This document shows positions 1-10,437 of a stretch of 32,000 bases of DNA, piece after piece. The notes beneath the pieces are model-generated. The model was not told where the DNA came from and did no database searches. It saw only the letters and a program-made list of their open reading frames with translations. Made by a program: the position numbers and the translations under genes. The DNA lies in sequence record SDFZ01000009.1; one strand, 5' to 3'. The stretch's first letter is position 1. Every line of letters starts with the position of its first letter.

Positions 1-165
1 ATATCAGGTCGATTGAATGGAGCGGAAATTGCCCGTAGCGAATGGGTGAGACATGGTCAAATTCCTCTTCAAACATTAAGAACACGCATCGATTATGCCA
101 CAGCAACGGCGGCTACCACATATGGAGTAATCGGTGTGAAGGTATGGATCAATCAAATATGTTAA
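1..165 (+). CDS. rps3: 30S ribosomal protein S3, C-terminal fragment (gene begins upstream of window)
   Basis: Frame 1 reads [54 protein letters not shown], then TAA at 163-165. This matches the conserved S3 C-terminal domain, and the position upstream of rpl16 is canonical. Confidence 0.85.
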   Translation: MSGRLNGAEIARSEWVRHGQIPLQTLRTRIDYATATAATTYGVIGVKVWINQIC

Positions 166-572
166 GTCCAAAAAATACCAAATATAGAAAACCTCATCTA
201 GGCAGATTAAAAGGCAAAGCTATGCGATGCAATCAAATAGCATTTGGAGATTATGCTATACAAGCTTTGGAACCAGTTTGGTTAACGTCTAGACAAATAG
301 AAGCCACTCGTAGAACTTTGACTCGTTATATGAAACGTGGGGGACAATTATGGATTAGAGTTTTTCCTCATGTGGCGATCACGGCGAAACCAGCTGAAAC
401 ACGTATGGGTTCTGGCAAAGGGGCTCCTGAATATTGGGCGGCGCCAGTAAGACCTAATCAAATTTTATTTGAGCTACAAGGGGTAGCTCCAGAAGTAGCC
501 AAAGAAGCGATTCATATGGCATCATATAAATTGCCTATTCGTGTAAGAATGTTATGGAAAACCAGCAAATAG
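159..572 (+). CDS. rpl16: 50S ribosomal protein L16
   Basis: The internal ATG at 159 gives [21 protein letters not shown]..., the canonical L16 N-terminus. The ORF-track extension from 42 lies in an alternative frame of rps3. Confidence 0.95.
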   Translation: MLSPKNTKYRKPHLGRLKGKAMRCNQIAFGDYAIQALEPVWLTSRQIEATRRTLTRYMKRGGQLWIRVFPHVAITAKPAETRMGSGKGAPEYWAAPVRPNQILFELQGVAPEVAKEAIHMASYKLPIRVRMLWKTSK

Positions 573-691
573 CGCAACTGCGCAAGGCGATCAATCGACT
601 CATCTGGCGTAAAAGTATGAAACAGATGTGGAAGCCTCATGAATATAAAAAATTACGTCATAAGTTAGCTCAATTGTTAACCCGATTATGA
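554..691 (+). CDS. rpl29: 50S ribosomal protein L29 (short, 45 aa)
   Basis: Hand translation gives [45 protein letters not shown]. The KPHxxxKxRxxxAxxLT tail is L29-like, and the gene sits in the conserved slot between rpl16 and rps17. It is below the ORF-track size cutoff. Confidence 0.7.
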   Translation: MENQQIAQLRKAINRLIWRKSMKQMWKPHEYKKLRHKLAQLLTRL

Positions 692-942
692 ACAAAACCA
701 AATTGTTAGGAATGGTGGTCTCTTGTCGCATGAAAAAAACGATCATCGTGCAAGTGAATTCTCAAGTCAAACATGCCAAGTACGGGAAACGTGTCATTAG
801 AAAAAAACGTTATGCTGTACATGATGCTGAACAAAAAGCTTCTTTAGGAGATATGATTTGGATTGTGCCTTCAAGACCTATAAGTAAAACGAAACGATGG
901 ATCTATGATTCAAGTGCAAACTCGTCTAAGAGTAGCAGATAA
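688..942 (+). CDS. rps17: 30S ribosomal protein S17
   Basis: 84-aa ORF reading [18 protein letters not shown]...[16 protein letters not shown]...PISKTKRW. The start forms an ATGA overlap with the rpl29 stop. Confidence 0.9.
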   Translation: MNKTKLLGMVVSCRMKKTIIVQVNSQVKHAKYGKRVIRKKRYAVHDAEQKASLGDMIWIVPSRPISKTKRWIYDSSANSSKSSR

Positions 943-1264
943 TACTGGTGCTAAGGAAGTGATGTGTATTCGTGTTTTTCGAGGTTCCACGGCCACTTTA
1001 GCTGATGTGATTATGGTGGTGGTGAAAGAAGCTTTGCCAAATATGCTGGTGAAAAAATCAGAAATCATGCGCGCGGTGGTTGTTCGAACAAAACAAACCG
1101 TACGTCGATCCAATGGTATGCATATTCGATTTGATGAAAATGCTGTTGTGTTAATAGATCAAGAAAATAATCCAAAAGGAACGCGAGTATTTGGCCCCAT
1201 TGCTAGAGAATTAAGAGAAGCAAATTTTATGAAGATTGTGTCTTTAGCACCGGAGGTGATTTAA
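905..1264 (+). CDS. rpl14: 50S ribosomal protein L14
   Basis: [24 protein letters not shown]... is the canonical L14 N-terminus. Confidence 0.97.
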   Translation: MIQVQTRLRVADNTGAKEVMCIRVFRGSTATLADVIMVVVKEALPNMLVKKSEIMRAVVVRTKQTVRRSNGMHIRFDENAVVLIDQENNPKGTRVFGPIARELREANFMKIVSLAPEVI

Positions 1265-1265
1265 C

Positions 1266-1481
1266 ATGCACATCAAAAAAGGAGATCAAGTTCGAATCCT
1301 TTCCGGAGATGACAAAGGCAAGATTGCTGAAGTGATCAAAGTCAAAAATTCACAAGTGGTGGTGAAAGGAGTCAATATCAAGACAAAACATGTGAAACCG
1401 AAACGTCAAGGAGAAGTAGGCGAAATCAAACGTATGGAATATGCGATCGCTATTTGCAAAGTGAAGATATGGAAAGAATAA
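1266..1481 (+). CDS. rpl24: 50S ribosomal protein L24 (short, 71 aa)
   Basis: MHIKKGDQVRILSGDDKGKIAEVIKV... carries the KOW motif, and the gene follows rpl14. Confidence 0.85.
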   Translation: MHIKKGDQVRILSGDDKGKIAEVIKVKNSQVVVKGVNIKTKHVKPKRQGEVGEIKRMEYAIAICKVKIWKE

Positions 1482-2005
1482 CAACCCATTGGTATAACGA
1501 ACAGGTAGTACCTCAATTGCAGCAAAAATTTGGTTATAAAAATGTGCATCAAATTCCTAAATTGCGTTCTATTCATTTGAATAGGTGCTTGGGTGCTGTG
1601 TCTCAAAAAATCTTAAATAGTTGTAGTGAAGAACTAGCCATCATTAGTGGACAAAAACCCAAATTAACTTATTCAAAAAAAGCCATAGCTGCTTTTCAAT
1701 TACGCAAAGGCATGCCTATAGGCATGACAGTGACTTTACGACGCCAAAGAATGTACGATTTTTTAACCAAATTGATTCATTTGGTCTTACCTAGATTAAA
1801 AGATTTTAGAGGATTGAATCCTACTAGTTTTGATGGAAAAGGCAATTATAACTTAGGTCTGCCTGATCAGTTAGCTTTTGCAGAATTGGCCTATGATCAA
1901 ATTGATCAATTTCGTGGTTTAGATGTATGTATTGTTACAACAGCACAAACTGACGCAGAGGCAAGAGCATTATTAGAAGGTTTAGGTATGCGTTTTAGGG
2001 TGTAA
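1469..2005 (+). CDS. rpl5: 50S ribosomal protein L5
   Basis: The protein reads ...YNEQVVPQLQQKFGYKNVHQIPKLRSIHLNRCLG.... The ORF-track start at 1454 is a TTG; the first ATG is at 1469 and either could be used. Confidence 0.92.
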   Translation: MERITTHWYNEQVVPQLQQKFGYKNVHQIPKLRSIHLNRCLGAVSQKILNSCSEELAIISGQKPKLTYSKKAIAAFQLRKGMPIGMTVTLRRQRMYDFLTKLIHLVLPRLKDFRGLNPTSFDGKGNYNLGLPDQLAFAELAYDQIDQFRGLDVCIVTTAQTDAEARALLEGLGMRFRV

Positions 2006-2009
2006 AATT

Positions 2010-2366
2010 ATGGATACTTTAAGTCAAATGTTGACTAGCATCAGAAATGCACAAATGGCTCGTCATCGATGGGTATCAGTTGTTTTTAGTGGCTTAAATC
2101 AGCGAGTTGCTCAAGTCTTATATGAAGAAGGTTGGATCGCGCAAGTTCAACCAGGAATGAAACATGACTTACATATTCAATTGAAGCCTAAACGTATTCA
2201 ACGCATTTGGCGTATCAGCAAGCCTGGTCTTCGTCTCTATTCTTCTTATCAACATTTTCCTAAAGTTCTCGGAGTGTTGATTGTCAGTACTCCAAAAGGA
2301 GTGATGACTCACCATAAAGCACGAGAGTTAAAAGTGGGCGGAGAAGTGTTGTGTGGAGTCTATTGA
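2010..2366 (+). CDS. rps8: 30S ribosomal protein S8
   Basis: MDTLSQMLTSIRNAQMARH...STPKGVMTHHKARELKVGGEVLCGVY is S8-like at both termini. Confidence 0.93.
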   Translation: MDTLSQMLTSIRNAQMARHRWVSVVFSGLNQRVAQVLYEEGWIAQVQPGMKHDLHIQLKPKRIQRIWRISKPGLRLYSSYQHFPKVLGVLIVSTPKGVMTHHKARELKVGGEVLCGVY

Positions 2367-2368
2367 AT

Positions 2369-2890
2369 ATGTCGAGAATAGGTAAGCAAGTGATTGCATG
2401 TGCAGTCAAAGTAGAAATGTCAGCATCTGTATTAACGGTGAAGGGAGAGAAAGGCTGTTTAACATTAAAGATTCCTCCCCAAGTTCATGTGGAACAATCC
2501 GAACAACAGTTGATGGTGGTCGCTGAAAGTCAATGGCAAGGATTATATAGAAGTTTGATCAATTCCATGGTGATAGGGGTCACCAGAGGCTTTGAGAAAA
2601 AGTTACTTTTAGTTGGAGTAGGTTATCGTGCTCAAATAGAAAAGCAACATCTAATCTTATATGTAGGATATAGCCATCCTGTCACAGTGAGGCCACCGGA
2701 GGGAATTGAATTTCAGTTAGAAAACCCAACCACCATTGTAGTCAAAGGGATCGATAAACAGTTGGTAGGCAGTGTAGCAGCATCCATACGTGCAATTCGC
2801 ACACCAGAAGTTTATAAAGGTAAAGGAATCAGATATTCATATGAATCGATTCATCTTAAAGCGGGTAAGGCAGGGAAAGCCTCTAAATAA
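2369..2890 (+). CDS. rpl6: 50S ribosomal protein L6
   Basis: The ATG at 2369 gives MSRIGKQVI...; the C-terminus reads [24 protein letters not shown]. The track start at 2351 is a GTG inside rps8. Confidence 0.93.
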   Translation: MSRIGKQVIACAVKVEMSASVLTVKGEKGCLTLKIPPQVHVEQSEQQLMVVAESQWQGLYRSLINSMVIGVTRGFEKKLLLVGVGYRAQIEKQHLILYVGYSHPVTVRPPEGIEFQLENPTTIVVKGIDKQLVGSVAASIRAIRTPEVYKGKGIRYSYESIHLKAGKAGKASK

Positions 2891-3164
2891 ACCTCGATTA
2901 AGTATTTTTTGTTCCCATAAACATATTTATGCACAGATTATAGATGACGTGGTAGGAATGACATTAGTTTCTGCCTCTACATATCAGTATAAACAAGGAT
3001 GGAAGAGCACCATCAAGTATGCTCAAGAAGTAGGTCAGCTGTTAGCCAAAAAAGCATTACAAAAAGGGATTAAACAAGTGGTACTGGATAGAGGCAAATA
3101 TCGTTATCATGGCAAAATTCGTGCTTTAACGGAAGCCGCTAGAAATGAAGGTTTGAGGATATGA
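2841..3164 (+). CDS. rpl18: 50S ribosomal protein L18
   Basis: The ATG at 2841 gives [36 protein letters not shown]...[17 protein letters not shown]. This start overlaps the rpl6 3' end by 50 nt. Confidence 0.88.
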   Translation: MNRFILKRVRQGKPLNKPRLSIFCSHKHIYAQIIDDVVGMTLVSASTYQYKQGWKSTIKYAQEVGQLLAKKALQKGIKQVVLDRGKYRYHGKIRALTEAARNEGLRI

Positions 3165-3601
3165 ATCAACAACAGTGGCAGGAAAGAGTGATACAGATAC
3201 GAAGAGTCTCTAAAGTGGTGAAAGGAGGAAAGAAATTAAGCTTTAGAGTCTTAGTGGTGGTAGGAAACCAAGAAGGATGCGTTGGCGTAGGAATGGGGAA
3301 GGCTGCAGATGTCATGTCTGCAGTGACCAAAGCGGTGGTGGATGCAAAAAAACAACTCATTCATGTGCCATTAACCACCTCGAATTCCATTGTGCATCCA
3401 AGTAGTGGTCGTTTCTCAGCTGCTGTTGTGTTTTTAAAACCAGCCGCAGCAGGATCTGGAGTGATCGCTGGAGGAGCTGTAAGGAGTGTGATGGAATTGG
3501 CTGGCATCCGCAATGTGTTATCAAAACAATTAGGTTGTTCCAATCCTTTAAATAATGCCAAAGCGGCTTTATTAGCTTTAAGAAATAGTCATGAGAGATA
3601 A
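3161..3601 (+). CDS. rps5: 30S ribosomal protein S5
   Basis: [44 protein letters not shown] is the S5 signature region. Confidence 0.93.
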   Translation: MNQQQWQERVIQIRRVSKVVKGGKKLSFRVLVVVGNQEGCVGVGMGKAADVMSAVTKAVVDAKKQLIHVPLTTSNSIVHPSSGRFSAAVVFLKPAAAGSGVIAGGAVRSVMELAGIRNVLSKQLGCSNPLNNAKAALLALRNSHER

Positions 3602-4625
3602 TTGGCGCAATCGTTTATTAGTAACATGTATCTTGGTTGCCATAGAGCGTTTAGGCATGTTTGTTCCAGTGAACACCTCGTCGAACTTGACTTCTTTTTG
3701 GTTTAATGGGGGAGGATGGTTCGTTTTAGGCATAATCCCCTCCATCAATGCCAGTATAGTGATGCAAATTCTCATCAGTATCATTCCAGCTCTTACTCGT
3801 CTGCAAAAAGAAGAAGGCGAATTGGGACAAAAACAAATACAAACTTACACACGCTATCTCACATTGTGCTTGGCTGGAATACAAGCGTCCACCATATGCC
3901 ATCAATGGTCCACGTGGTTATTCATCGTGTCTGGAGCTATGTTGGTCATGTGGTTAGCGGAACAAATTTCTCATAAAGGCATAGGCAATGGAACTTCTAT
4001 TTTAGTATGTAGTAATATTGCAGCCAATTTATTACATCATCCGATTGAAGCTCCATGGTTCATAGCAACCATGGTTTTACTGTTGACTATGTTAGGAATG
4101 ATAGCATTACAAGAGGCCATACGTGCTTTGCCTATCTTATCTGCGAAACAATTAATGCAGTCCGTTGGACAAGTATATTTGTTACCTATGCGCTTGAATC
4201 AAGGGGGCGTGATGCCTATCATATTTGCGTCTTCTACTTTATCTTTTTTGCATGCTTGGTATGTCTGGTGGTTATATATAGCATGTATTATCTTTTTCAG
4301 TCATTTCTATAATTTAGTCATAGCTAATCCCAAAGAATTGAGTGAGAATTTAAATAAAATGGCGGTGGTCATACCTTCCATTCGTCCAGGATCTGAAACA
4401 CAACAATATTTAAATCGTACCTTAAATCGAATGACTTGGATAGGTGGAATAGGTTTATCTGTGATTGCCTTATTACCTTGGTTATTTTCGTCTATCAAAG
4501 TCTTTAGTGGTTTTGGAGCCACTTCGTTATTAATCGTGATCGGAGTATCCATAGATACCATGCGTCAAATAAGAACATATTTTATAGCCAATACTTACGA
4601 ACGAATGATCCATTATGAAAGTTAG
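3591..4625 (+). CDS. secY: Preprotein translocase subunit SecY (short, 344 aa)
   Basis: Multi-pass membrane ORF with the motifs [42 protein letters not shown] and [14 protein letters not shown]. It sits in the conserved slot between rps5 and rpl36. Confidence 0.9.
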   Translation: MRDNWRNRLLVTCILVAIERLGMFVPVNTSSNLTSFWFNGGGWFVLGIIPSINASIVMQILISIIPALTRLQKEEGELGQKQIQTYTRYLTLCLAGIQASTICHQWSTWLFIVSGAMLVMWLAEQISHKGIGNGTSILVCSNIAANLLHHPIEAPWFIATMVLLLTMLGMIALQEAIRALPILSAKQLMQSVGQVYLLPMRLNQGGVMPIIFASSTLSFLHAWYVWWLYIACIIFFSHFYNLVIANPKELSENLNKMAVVIPSIRPGSETQQYLNRTLNRMTWIGGIGLSVIALLPWLFSSIKVFSGFGATSLLIVIGVSIDTMRQIRTYFIANTYERMIHYES

Positions 4626-4728
4626 ATCTTCAGTGAAAAAAATTTGTGCCAAATGTCAAATGAAGACACGTCATGGAGTGTTAATTGTCATGTGTAAGAA
4701 TCCAAAACATAAACAAAGACAGGGTTAA
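4615..4728 (+). CDS. rpl36: 50S ribosomal protein L36
   Basis: Hand translation gives [37 protein letters not shown]. It is below the ORF-track cutoff. Confidence 0.93.
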   Translation: MKVRSSVKKICAKCQMKTRHGVLIVMCKNPKHKQRQG

Positions 4729-4732
4729 ACAT

Positions 4733-5110
4733 ATGCGTATAGCAGGGGTAGATTTACCATCTAATAAAAAAATAGATGTAGCTCTAAGTTATATCTATGG
4801 CATAGGCAGACCTCTAGCCAAAGAGATTTTAACCGCATTAAACTTATCGCCAAATCTACGTGTGCGTGAGTTGAATGATGAACAATCCATACGTCTCAGA
4901 CAGTACATAGAACAAAATTACACCATCGAATCCGATTTAAAACGTATGGAATCGATGAATATTAAACGTTTAATAGAAATTGGTTCGTATAGGGGACGTA
5001 GGCATAGAGCATTATTACCAGTAAGAGGACAAAGAACTAGAAGTAATGCTCGTACTCGTAGAGGAACCAAAAAAACTGTAGCCGGTAAAAAATTAGCCGT
5101 GAAAAAATAA
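4733..5110 (+). CDS. rps13: 30S ribosomal protein S13
   Basis: The ATG at 4733 gives [25 protein letters not shown]..., the canonical S13 start. The track extension from 4685 overlaps rpl36. Confidence 0.95.
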   Translation: MRIAGVDLPSNKKIDVALSYIYGIGRPLAKEILTALNLSPNLRVRELNDEQSIRLRQYIEQNYTIESDLKRMESMNIKRLIEIGSYRGRRHRALLPVRGQRTRSNARTRRGTKKTVAGKKLAVKK

Positions 5111-5111
5111 C

Positions 5112-5474
5112 ATGAAAAGTAAAAAGACCTCCCCTAAAGGAACGATACATATTCAATCTACGTTTAACAATACGTTAATTACTGTGAGCGATGCGCTAGG
5201 TGGATGCGTGTGTTGGAGTTCGGCAGGGGTAGTAGGATTTAAAGGCGCCAAAAAAGGGACTCCTTTTGCAGCGGGGATGGCGGCGGAGAAGGCAGCTCAA
5301 ATGGCAAAAGAGCAGGGCATGAAACAAGTAGATGTATTTGTGAAAGGACCTGGAGCAGGTCGAGAAACAGCTATGAGAGCATTGGAAGCAGCCGGATTAC
5401 AAATTACTTCTATTCAAGATGTGACAGGCATCCCTCATAATGGATGTCGTCCACCCAAACGTCGACGCGTATGA
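5112..5474 (+). CDS. rps11: 30S ribosomal protein S11
   Basis: [18 protein letters not shown]...[13 protein letters not shown]...[18 protein letters not shown] matches S11. Confidence 0.95.
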   Translation: MKSKKTSPKGTIHIQSTFNNTLITVSDALGGCVCWSSAGVVGFKGAKKGTPFAAGMAAEKAAQMAKEQGMKQVDVFVKGPGAGRETAMRALEAAGLQITSIQDVTGIPHNGCRPPKRRRV

Positions 5475-6361
5475 ATTTTCAGATTGAATGTAGCGCCTCA
5501 AGCATCCTAAATCCAAGAGAGGTGTATGCCAAATTCCTCATTCAACCTTTAAACCATACACAAGCCATCACCATAGGAAATGCTTTGAGACGTGTGTTGC
5601 TATCAGAATTAGAAACGGTAGCCATTACTGCAGTAAGAATAGCAGGTGCTACTCATGAGTTGGCCACTTTAGAGGGAGTGAGAGAAGATGTGTTGCAAAT
5701 CATGTTGAATTTAAAACAAATTGTATGGCGAGGACATCTTGAACAACCCTCTTTAGCAAGAATTAAGGTGCAAGGACCTGCTATAGTGACAGCGGCAGCA
5801 TTTCAAGCCCATAGTGAAGTGACTGTAGTGGATAGTTGTCAATATATTGCCACCGTCGATAATGAACATGTGCTAGAACTGGAATGTCAATTGGAACAAG
5901 CCAGCGGTTATCGATTATCGAATCCTAGTGAAGTGATTGATTGGTTACCCATTGATGGCGTGTTTATGCCAGTGAAACGAGTCAATTTTTGGGTAGACAA
6001 AGCGCTTCATTTGGAAATATGTACCAATGGGAGTCTATCTCCTCAAGAGGCTTTACATAAAGCGGCAAGTATCTTAACCAATTGGTTTAATCCATTACAA
6101 ACTTTAGAATGGAAGACCTCTAACACAAAAAAAGATCATAGTCATACGCAGCTCTCTCAAATGTTAATAGAACAATTGGATCTATCAGTGAGAGCTTATA
6201 ATTGCTTAAAAAGAGCACAAATTCATTCTGTAGCTGATTTAATGCAATATACGCAAGAAGAATTATTAGCGTTGAAAAATTTCGGTCAAAAATCAGTGGA
6301 AGAAGTTAATGAAGCTCTAGAACAAAAGTTGCATTTGCAGTTACCCAAAAAAATATGTTAA
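5471..6361 (+). CDS. rpoA: DNA-directed RNA polymerase alpha subunit
   Basis: The ATG at 5471 forms an ATGA overlap with the rps11 stop. [13 protein letters not shown] lies in the N-terminal domain and the C-terminal domain reads [22 protein letters not shown]...[12 protein letters not shown]. Confidence 0.92.
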   Translation: MNFQIECSASSILNPREVYAKFLIQPLNHTQAITIGNALRRVLLSELETVAITAVRIAGATHELATLEGVREDVLQIMLNLKQIVWRGHLEQPSLARIKVQGPAIVTAAAFQAHSEVTVVDSCQYIATVDNEHVLELECQLEQASGYRLSNPSEVIDWLPIDGVFMPVKRVNFWVDKALHLEICTNGSLSPQEALHKAASILTNWFNPLQTLEWKTSNTKKDHSHTQLSQMLIEQLDLSVRAYNCLKRAQIHSVADLMQYTQEELLALKNFGQKSVEEVNEALEQKLHLQLPKKIC

Positions 6362-6654
6362 TCAATGCCAAAGATGAAATTTTAGGACGATTATCTTCTC
6401 AAGTGGTGAAATGGTTATTAACACATCCCAACTCATCTATAGAGATTGTGAATGCGGATGAGATTAGAGTCACTGGTCAAAAGCGTCAGTTAAAATTATA
6501 TCGTCGTCATTCGGGGCGTCCAGGAGGAATGAAAGTACGTAATTTTGAACAAATCGGCCCAAAAGCGGCTTTAGCTCATGCCATTAAAGGCATGCTTCCA
6601 AAAGGGGTACGAGGTCGTCAATTATGGCGTCAAATTCGTATAAAAGGTGAATGA
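6355..6654 (+). CDS. rpl13: 50S ribosomal protein L13 (short, 99 aa)
   Basis: The protein reads LGRLSSQVVKWL...IVNADEIRVTGQKRQLKLYRRHSGRPGGMK...IKGMLPKG. It follows rpoA as in red-algal plastomes. Confidence 0.85.
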   Translation: MLINAKDEILGRLSSQVVKWLLTHPNSSIEIVNADEIRVTGQKRQLKLYRRHSGRPGGMKVRNFEQIGPKAALAHAIKGMLPKGVRGRQLWRQIRIKGE

Positions 6655-7004
6655 ATATGTATGCTATAGGCAAACGTAAATGTGCGATAGCACGCGTGTG
6701 GCTTGTGCATGGTCAACGTGCTGCTGCAACTGTTGAAAAACAGACGCTAGAAGAATATTTCCAACACAATGAGGAATGGATTGGTGAGATTTTAGAAATC
6801 TTGAAGCCTCTAGAATTGAGATGTGAAGTCAAAGTCAAAGGAGGAGGATTAGCGGCACAAGCAGATGCCACCGTGTTAGCCATCAAACGCGCCTTGCATC
6901 CGCACATAGCGCATTTCAAATTAACAAGAGATGCTCGTATCAAAGAACGTAGAAAATACGGCTTGAAAAAAGCTAGAAAAGCACCTCAATATTCAAAACG
7001 ATGA
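6651..7004 (+). CDS. rps9: 30S ribosomal protein S9
   Basis: YAIGKRKCAIARVWL...VKVKGGGLAAQADA...[26 protein letters not shown] has the S9 C-terminus. Confidence 0.9.
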   Translation: MNMYAIGKRKCAIARVWLVHGQRAAATVEKQTLEEYFQHNEEWIGEILEILKPLELRCEVKVKGGGLAAQADATVLAIKRALHPHIAHFKLTRDARIKERRKYGLKKARKAPQYSKR

Positions 7005-7201
7005 AAAAACATTTGCATCCTAAGTGGTACGAGAATTGTATCGTTTATTGTAATGGAAAGCCTATTATGAAAATAGGCTCAACAAAACCGGAATTACATG
7101 TAGAAGTGTGGTCAGGAATTCATCCTTTTTATACAGGATCTCAAAAACAATTAGATACGGAAGGACGAATTGAAAAATTTATGCGTAAATATGGTATGTA
7201 A
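7001..7201 (+). CDS. rpl31: 50S ribosomal protein L31
   Basis: The protein reads [11 protein letters not shown]...[25 protein letters not shown]. Confidence 0.9.
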   Translation: MKKHLHPKWYENCIVYCNGKPIMKIGSTKPELHVEVWSGIHPFYTGSQKQLDTEGRIEKFMRKYGM

Positions 7202-7206
7202 ATGCT

Positions 7207-7575
7207 ATGCCCACTTTACAACAGTTGATCCGTTTTGGACGTAAACAGATCGAAATTCGACCGAAATCGGCCGCTTTAAAACAATGTCCTCAAAGAAGAG
7301 GAGTATGTGTCAAAGTGTATACCACTACTCCTAAAAAACCCAATTCCGCCTTAAGAAAGGTGGCTAGAGTACGTTTAACTTCTGGTTATGAAGTCACGGC
7401 CTATATTCCAGGAATTGGTCATAATTTACAAGAACATTCTGTGGTGTTAGTACGTGGTGGAAGGGTGAAAGATTTACCAGGAGTAAGGTATCATATTATT
7501 CGAGGAGCTTTAGATACAGTAGGAGTCAAAAATAGAATCAGAAGTCGCTCTAAATATGGAGTGAAAAAACCATGA
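7207..7575 (+). CDS. rps12: 30S ribosomal protein S12
   Basis: The protein reads [13 protein letters not shown]...[57 protein letters not shown]. Confidence 0.97.
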   Translation: MPTLQQLIRFGRKQIEIRPKSAALKQCPQRRGVCVKVYTTTPKKPNSALRKVARVRLTSGYEVTAYIPGIGHNLQEHSVVLVRGGRVKDLPGVRYHIIRGALDTVGVKNRIRSRSKYGVKKP

Positions 7576-7988
7576 AAAGTCGTTTGGTGGATTTATTAAT
7601 AGTACATGTATTAAGAAACGGCAAGAAATCTTTAGCTCGTCGCATCGTGTATGGAGCTTTGCAACGAATAGAAGCCAAACATAAACAGTCAGGAATTTTG
7701 ACCTTAGAACAAGCAGTGGGAAAAGCGATGCCATTAGTGTGTGTCAAAGCGCGAAGAGTTGGAGGTGCAACCTATCAAGTTCCACAAGAAGTCAAACCTT
7801 ATACAGGTATTAACAATGCATTAAGATGGATCGTGAAATATGCAAAAGATCGCTCAGGAAAATCCATGGCTATGAAATTAGCTGCAGAAATATGGGACGC
7901 GGCTCATGGAACAGGAGGAGCCATTAGAAAGAAAGAAGATACACATAGAATGGCAGAAGCAAATAAAGCATTTGCACATTATAGATAA
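7572..7988 (+). CDS. rps7: 30S ribosomal protein S7 (N-terminally short, 138 aa)
   Basis: The protein reads [15 protein letters not shown]...[17 protein letters not shown]...[12 protein letters not shown]. The start forms an ATGA overlap with rps12. Confidence 0.93.
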   Translation: MKSRLVDLLIVHVLRNGKKSLARRIVYGALQRIEAKHKQSGILTLEQAVGKAMPLVCVKARRVGGATYQVPQEVKPYTGINNALRWIVKYAKDRSGKSMAMKLAAEIWDAAHGTGGAIRKKEDTHRMAEANKAFAHYR

Positions 7989-7992
7989 GGAG
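7987..7992 (+). promoter_or_regulatory. Shine-Dalgarno-like AAGGAG upstream of tufA
   Basis: AAGGAG lies 4 nt upstream of the tufA ATG at 7997. Confidence 0.45.
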
Positions 7993-7996
7993 TACT

Positions 7997-9229
7997 ATGG
8001 CAAGGACTAAATTTGAACGTACAAAACCTCATGTCAATATAGGTACAATAGGACATGTGGACCACGGAAAAACCACATTAACCGCCGCTATATCTGCAGT
8101 ATTAGCTTCGAAAGATAACTCAGTACAATTAAAGAAATTTGAAGAAATCGATTCCGCACCAGAAGAAAGAGCACGTGGGATTACCATCAATACTGCTCAT
8201 GTAGAATATCAAACCGATAAACGTCATTACGCTCATGTAGACTGTCCTGGACATGCCGATTATGTAAAAAATATGATTACAGGCGCTGCCCAAATGGATG
8301 GCGCGATCCTGGTGGTATCTGCTGCAGACGGGCCTATGCCTCAAACTCGTGAACATATTCTGTTAGCAAAACAAGTAGGGGTCCCTAGTATCGTGGTGTT
8401 TTTGAATAAAGCGGATATGGTAGATGATGCGGAGTTATTAGAATTAGTAGAATTAGAAGTAAGAGAATTATTATCAAAGTATGATTTTCCAGGGGATGAT
8501 ATTCCTTTTGTCACAGGTTCAGCATTGCTAGCTTTAGAAGCATGTAACAAAAACCCAAAGATAGGTCAAGGGAATGATAAGTGGGTGGATAAAATTTTTG
8601 AATTAATGGATGTGGTGGATGAATATATTCCCACACCAACAAGAGATATTGATAAAAGTTTTTTAATGGCCGTAGAAGATGTATTCTCTATTACTGGTAG
8701 AGGAACTGTGGCAACAGGTAGAATCGAAAGAGGACGAGTGAAAGTGGGAGAAAGTATAGAAATTGTGGGTTTAAAAAATACCAAAACCACTACAGTAACA
8801 GGTTTAGAAATGTTCCAAAAAACTTTAGATGAAGGCATGGCAGGAGATAATGTAGGTGTATTATTACGTGGTGTTCAAAAAACTGACATAGAACGTGGGA
8901 TGGTCTTGGCCAAACCAGGTAGTATTACTCCGCATCATAAATTTGAAGCAGAAGTGTATGTGTTAACAAAAGAAGAAGGTGGTAGGCACACGCCATTTTT
9001 TCCGGGTTATCGACCACAATTTTACGTAAGAACCACAGATGTAACAGGTACCATAGAAGAATTTACAGCGGACGATGGCTCCACCGCAGAAATGGTGATG
9101 CCAGGAGATCGCATTAAAATGAGTGTCAACCTTATTTATCCAGTGGCTATAGAACAAGGAATGCGATTTGCTATTCGAGAAGGTGGACGTACGGTTGGTG
9201 CAGGAGTCGTATCAAAAATCTTAGAATAA
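7997..9229 (+). CDS. tufA: Translation elongation factor Tu
   Basis: 410-aa ORF with the G motifs [17 protein letters not shown] and NKAD, colinear with EF-Tu throughout. Confidence 0.99.
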   Translation: MARTKFERTKPHVNIGTIGHVDHGKTTLTAAISAVLASKDNSVQLKKFEEIDSAPEERARGITINTAHVEYQTDKRHYAHVDCPGHADYVKNMITGAAQMDGAILVVSAADGPMPQTREHILLAKQVGVPSIVVFLNKADMVDDAELLELVELEVRELLSKYDFPGDDIPFVTGSALLALEACNKNPKIGQGNDKWVDKIFELMDVVDEYIPTPTRDIDKSFLMAVEDVFSITGRGTVATGRIERGRVKVGESIEIVGLKNTKTTTVTGLEMFQKTLDEGMAGDNVGVLLRGVQKTDIERGMVLAKPGSITPHHKFEAEVYVLTKEEGGRHTPFFPGYRPQFYVRTTDVTGTIEEFTADDGSTAEMVMPGDRIKMSVNLIYPVAIEQGMRFAIREGGRTVGAGVVSKILE

Positions 9230-9234
9230 GCACC

Positions 9235-9537
9235 ATGAAGATCCGTTTAAAGTTGTATTCATATTCAGCTCCATTGCTACAAGCCAGCCTCGATCGCATG
9301 GCTCAAATCGCTTCTCAGAGTGCGCAAGTATCAAAAGTGTGTTTACCAACTCAAAGAAAAATCTTCTGTGTGTTACGTTCACCTCATGTGAATAAAGACT
9401 CACGTGAACATTTTGAAGTAAGAATGCATAGACGTTTGTTACAATTAAACAATGCATCCACAGCCACGATTGATGCATTGATGAAAGTAGATTTACCTTA
9501 TGGAGTGGAAGTAGAAATCCAAACGAAACAGGCCTAA
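9235..9537 (+). CDS. rps10: 30S ribosomal protein S10
   Basis: MKIRLKLYSYS...LPTQRKIFCVLRSPHVNKDSREHFEVRMHRRLL matches S10, and the gene follows tufA. Confidence 0.93.
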   Translation: MKIRLKLYSYSAPLLQASLDRMAQIASQSAQVSKVCLPTQRKIFCVLRSPHVNKDSREHFEVRMHRRLLQLNNASTATIDALMKVDLPYGVEVEIQTKQA

Positions 9538-9559
9538 GCTTTTGTGCTTAGGCCTGTTT
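9526..9559. terminator. Perfect 14-bp stem / 6-nt loop hairpin between convergent rps10 and petF
   Basis: AAACAGGCCTAAGC (9526-9539), loop TTTTGT, then GCTTAGGCCTGTTT (9546-9559). The left arm contains the rps10 stop codon, and the petF stop begins at 9561. Confidence 0.6.
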
Positions 9560-9560
9560 C

Positions 9561-9878
<318 letters not shown>

Positions 9879-9899
9879 TTAAGCTTGATTTGATCGAAA

Positions 9900-10437
9900 A
9901 TGTTGCTCGTGAGCACACCAAGTCAACAATGGTCTGTCTACAAAGGAGGAAAAAGCCACGTGAGAGATACAAAGCACTTCGCTCAAGAGAGTTTGACTTT
10001 AAGCGCAAGATGGGTAAAACATTTATGGAGGCGTCCTGTTACAGTTGTGTTAAGTCTTGCACAACCCTTGATGTGGTATCTGCTATGGCAAAGTAGTCAT
10101 GGGAATGAGCATGGAAAATTACGTTTGTTCATATGGGCAGGATTTGCACATGGGATTCATTCAGCATTACCTTTAATCTTTGATCGTGAATTCGGTTTTT
10201 GGGACCGCATTTGGGTAGCACCTTTGATTTCTAGAAGTAGTATTATGATAAGTTTGTTGTTGGTGAATTGGTTACTGGTGGTGATTCCTAGTCTTTGGAT
10301 TGAGTATCAAATCTGGCCTTTGATGATGTTGTTGGTTTGGATTGCAACAAGTTTAAGTGTATTTTTAGCCTTATGGTTGCCCTCACACACCTCCTTTTTG
10401 GCCAGTGTATGGTTGATTAATGCTATCATGATTTTAG

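Noticed and set aside
42-158. N-terminal extension of the rpl16 ORF in the ORF track ([10 protein letters not shown]...).
   Set aside because: It lies in an alternative frame of the conserved rps3 C-terminus. The canonical L16 start MLSPK is at 159.
910-7747. Antisense or alternative-frame ORFs inside the ribosomal protein genes and secY: 910-1113, 1406-1606, 3166-3360, 3361-3561, 3578-3784, 3716-3976, 4055-4312, 4307-4561, 6713-6943, 7510-7734 and 7550-7747.
   Set aside because: All are embedded in strongly conserved CDSs on the other strand or frame. Their translations are low-complexity or unrecognisable. They are typical shadow ORFs.
8129-9478. Five minus-strand ORFs antisense to tufA and rps10.
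   Set aside because: They are shadow ORFs opposite highly conserved genes, with no recognisable domains or start context.
9890-10096. 68-aa plus-strand ORF overlapping the start of the ycf38-like ORF in another frame.
   Set aside because: Its sequence is basic and unrecognisable. The longer frame carries the ABC-2 motifs.
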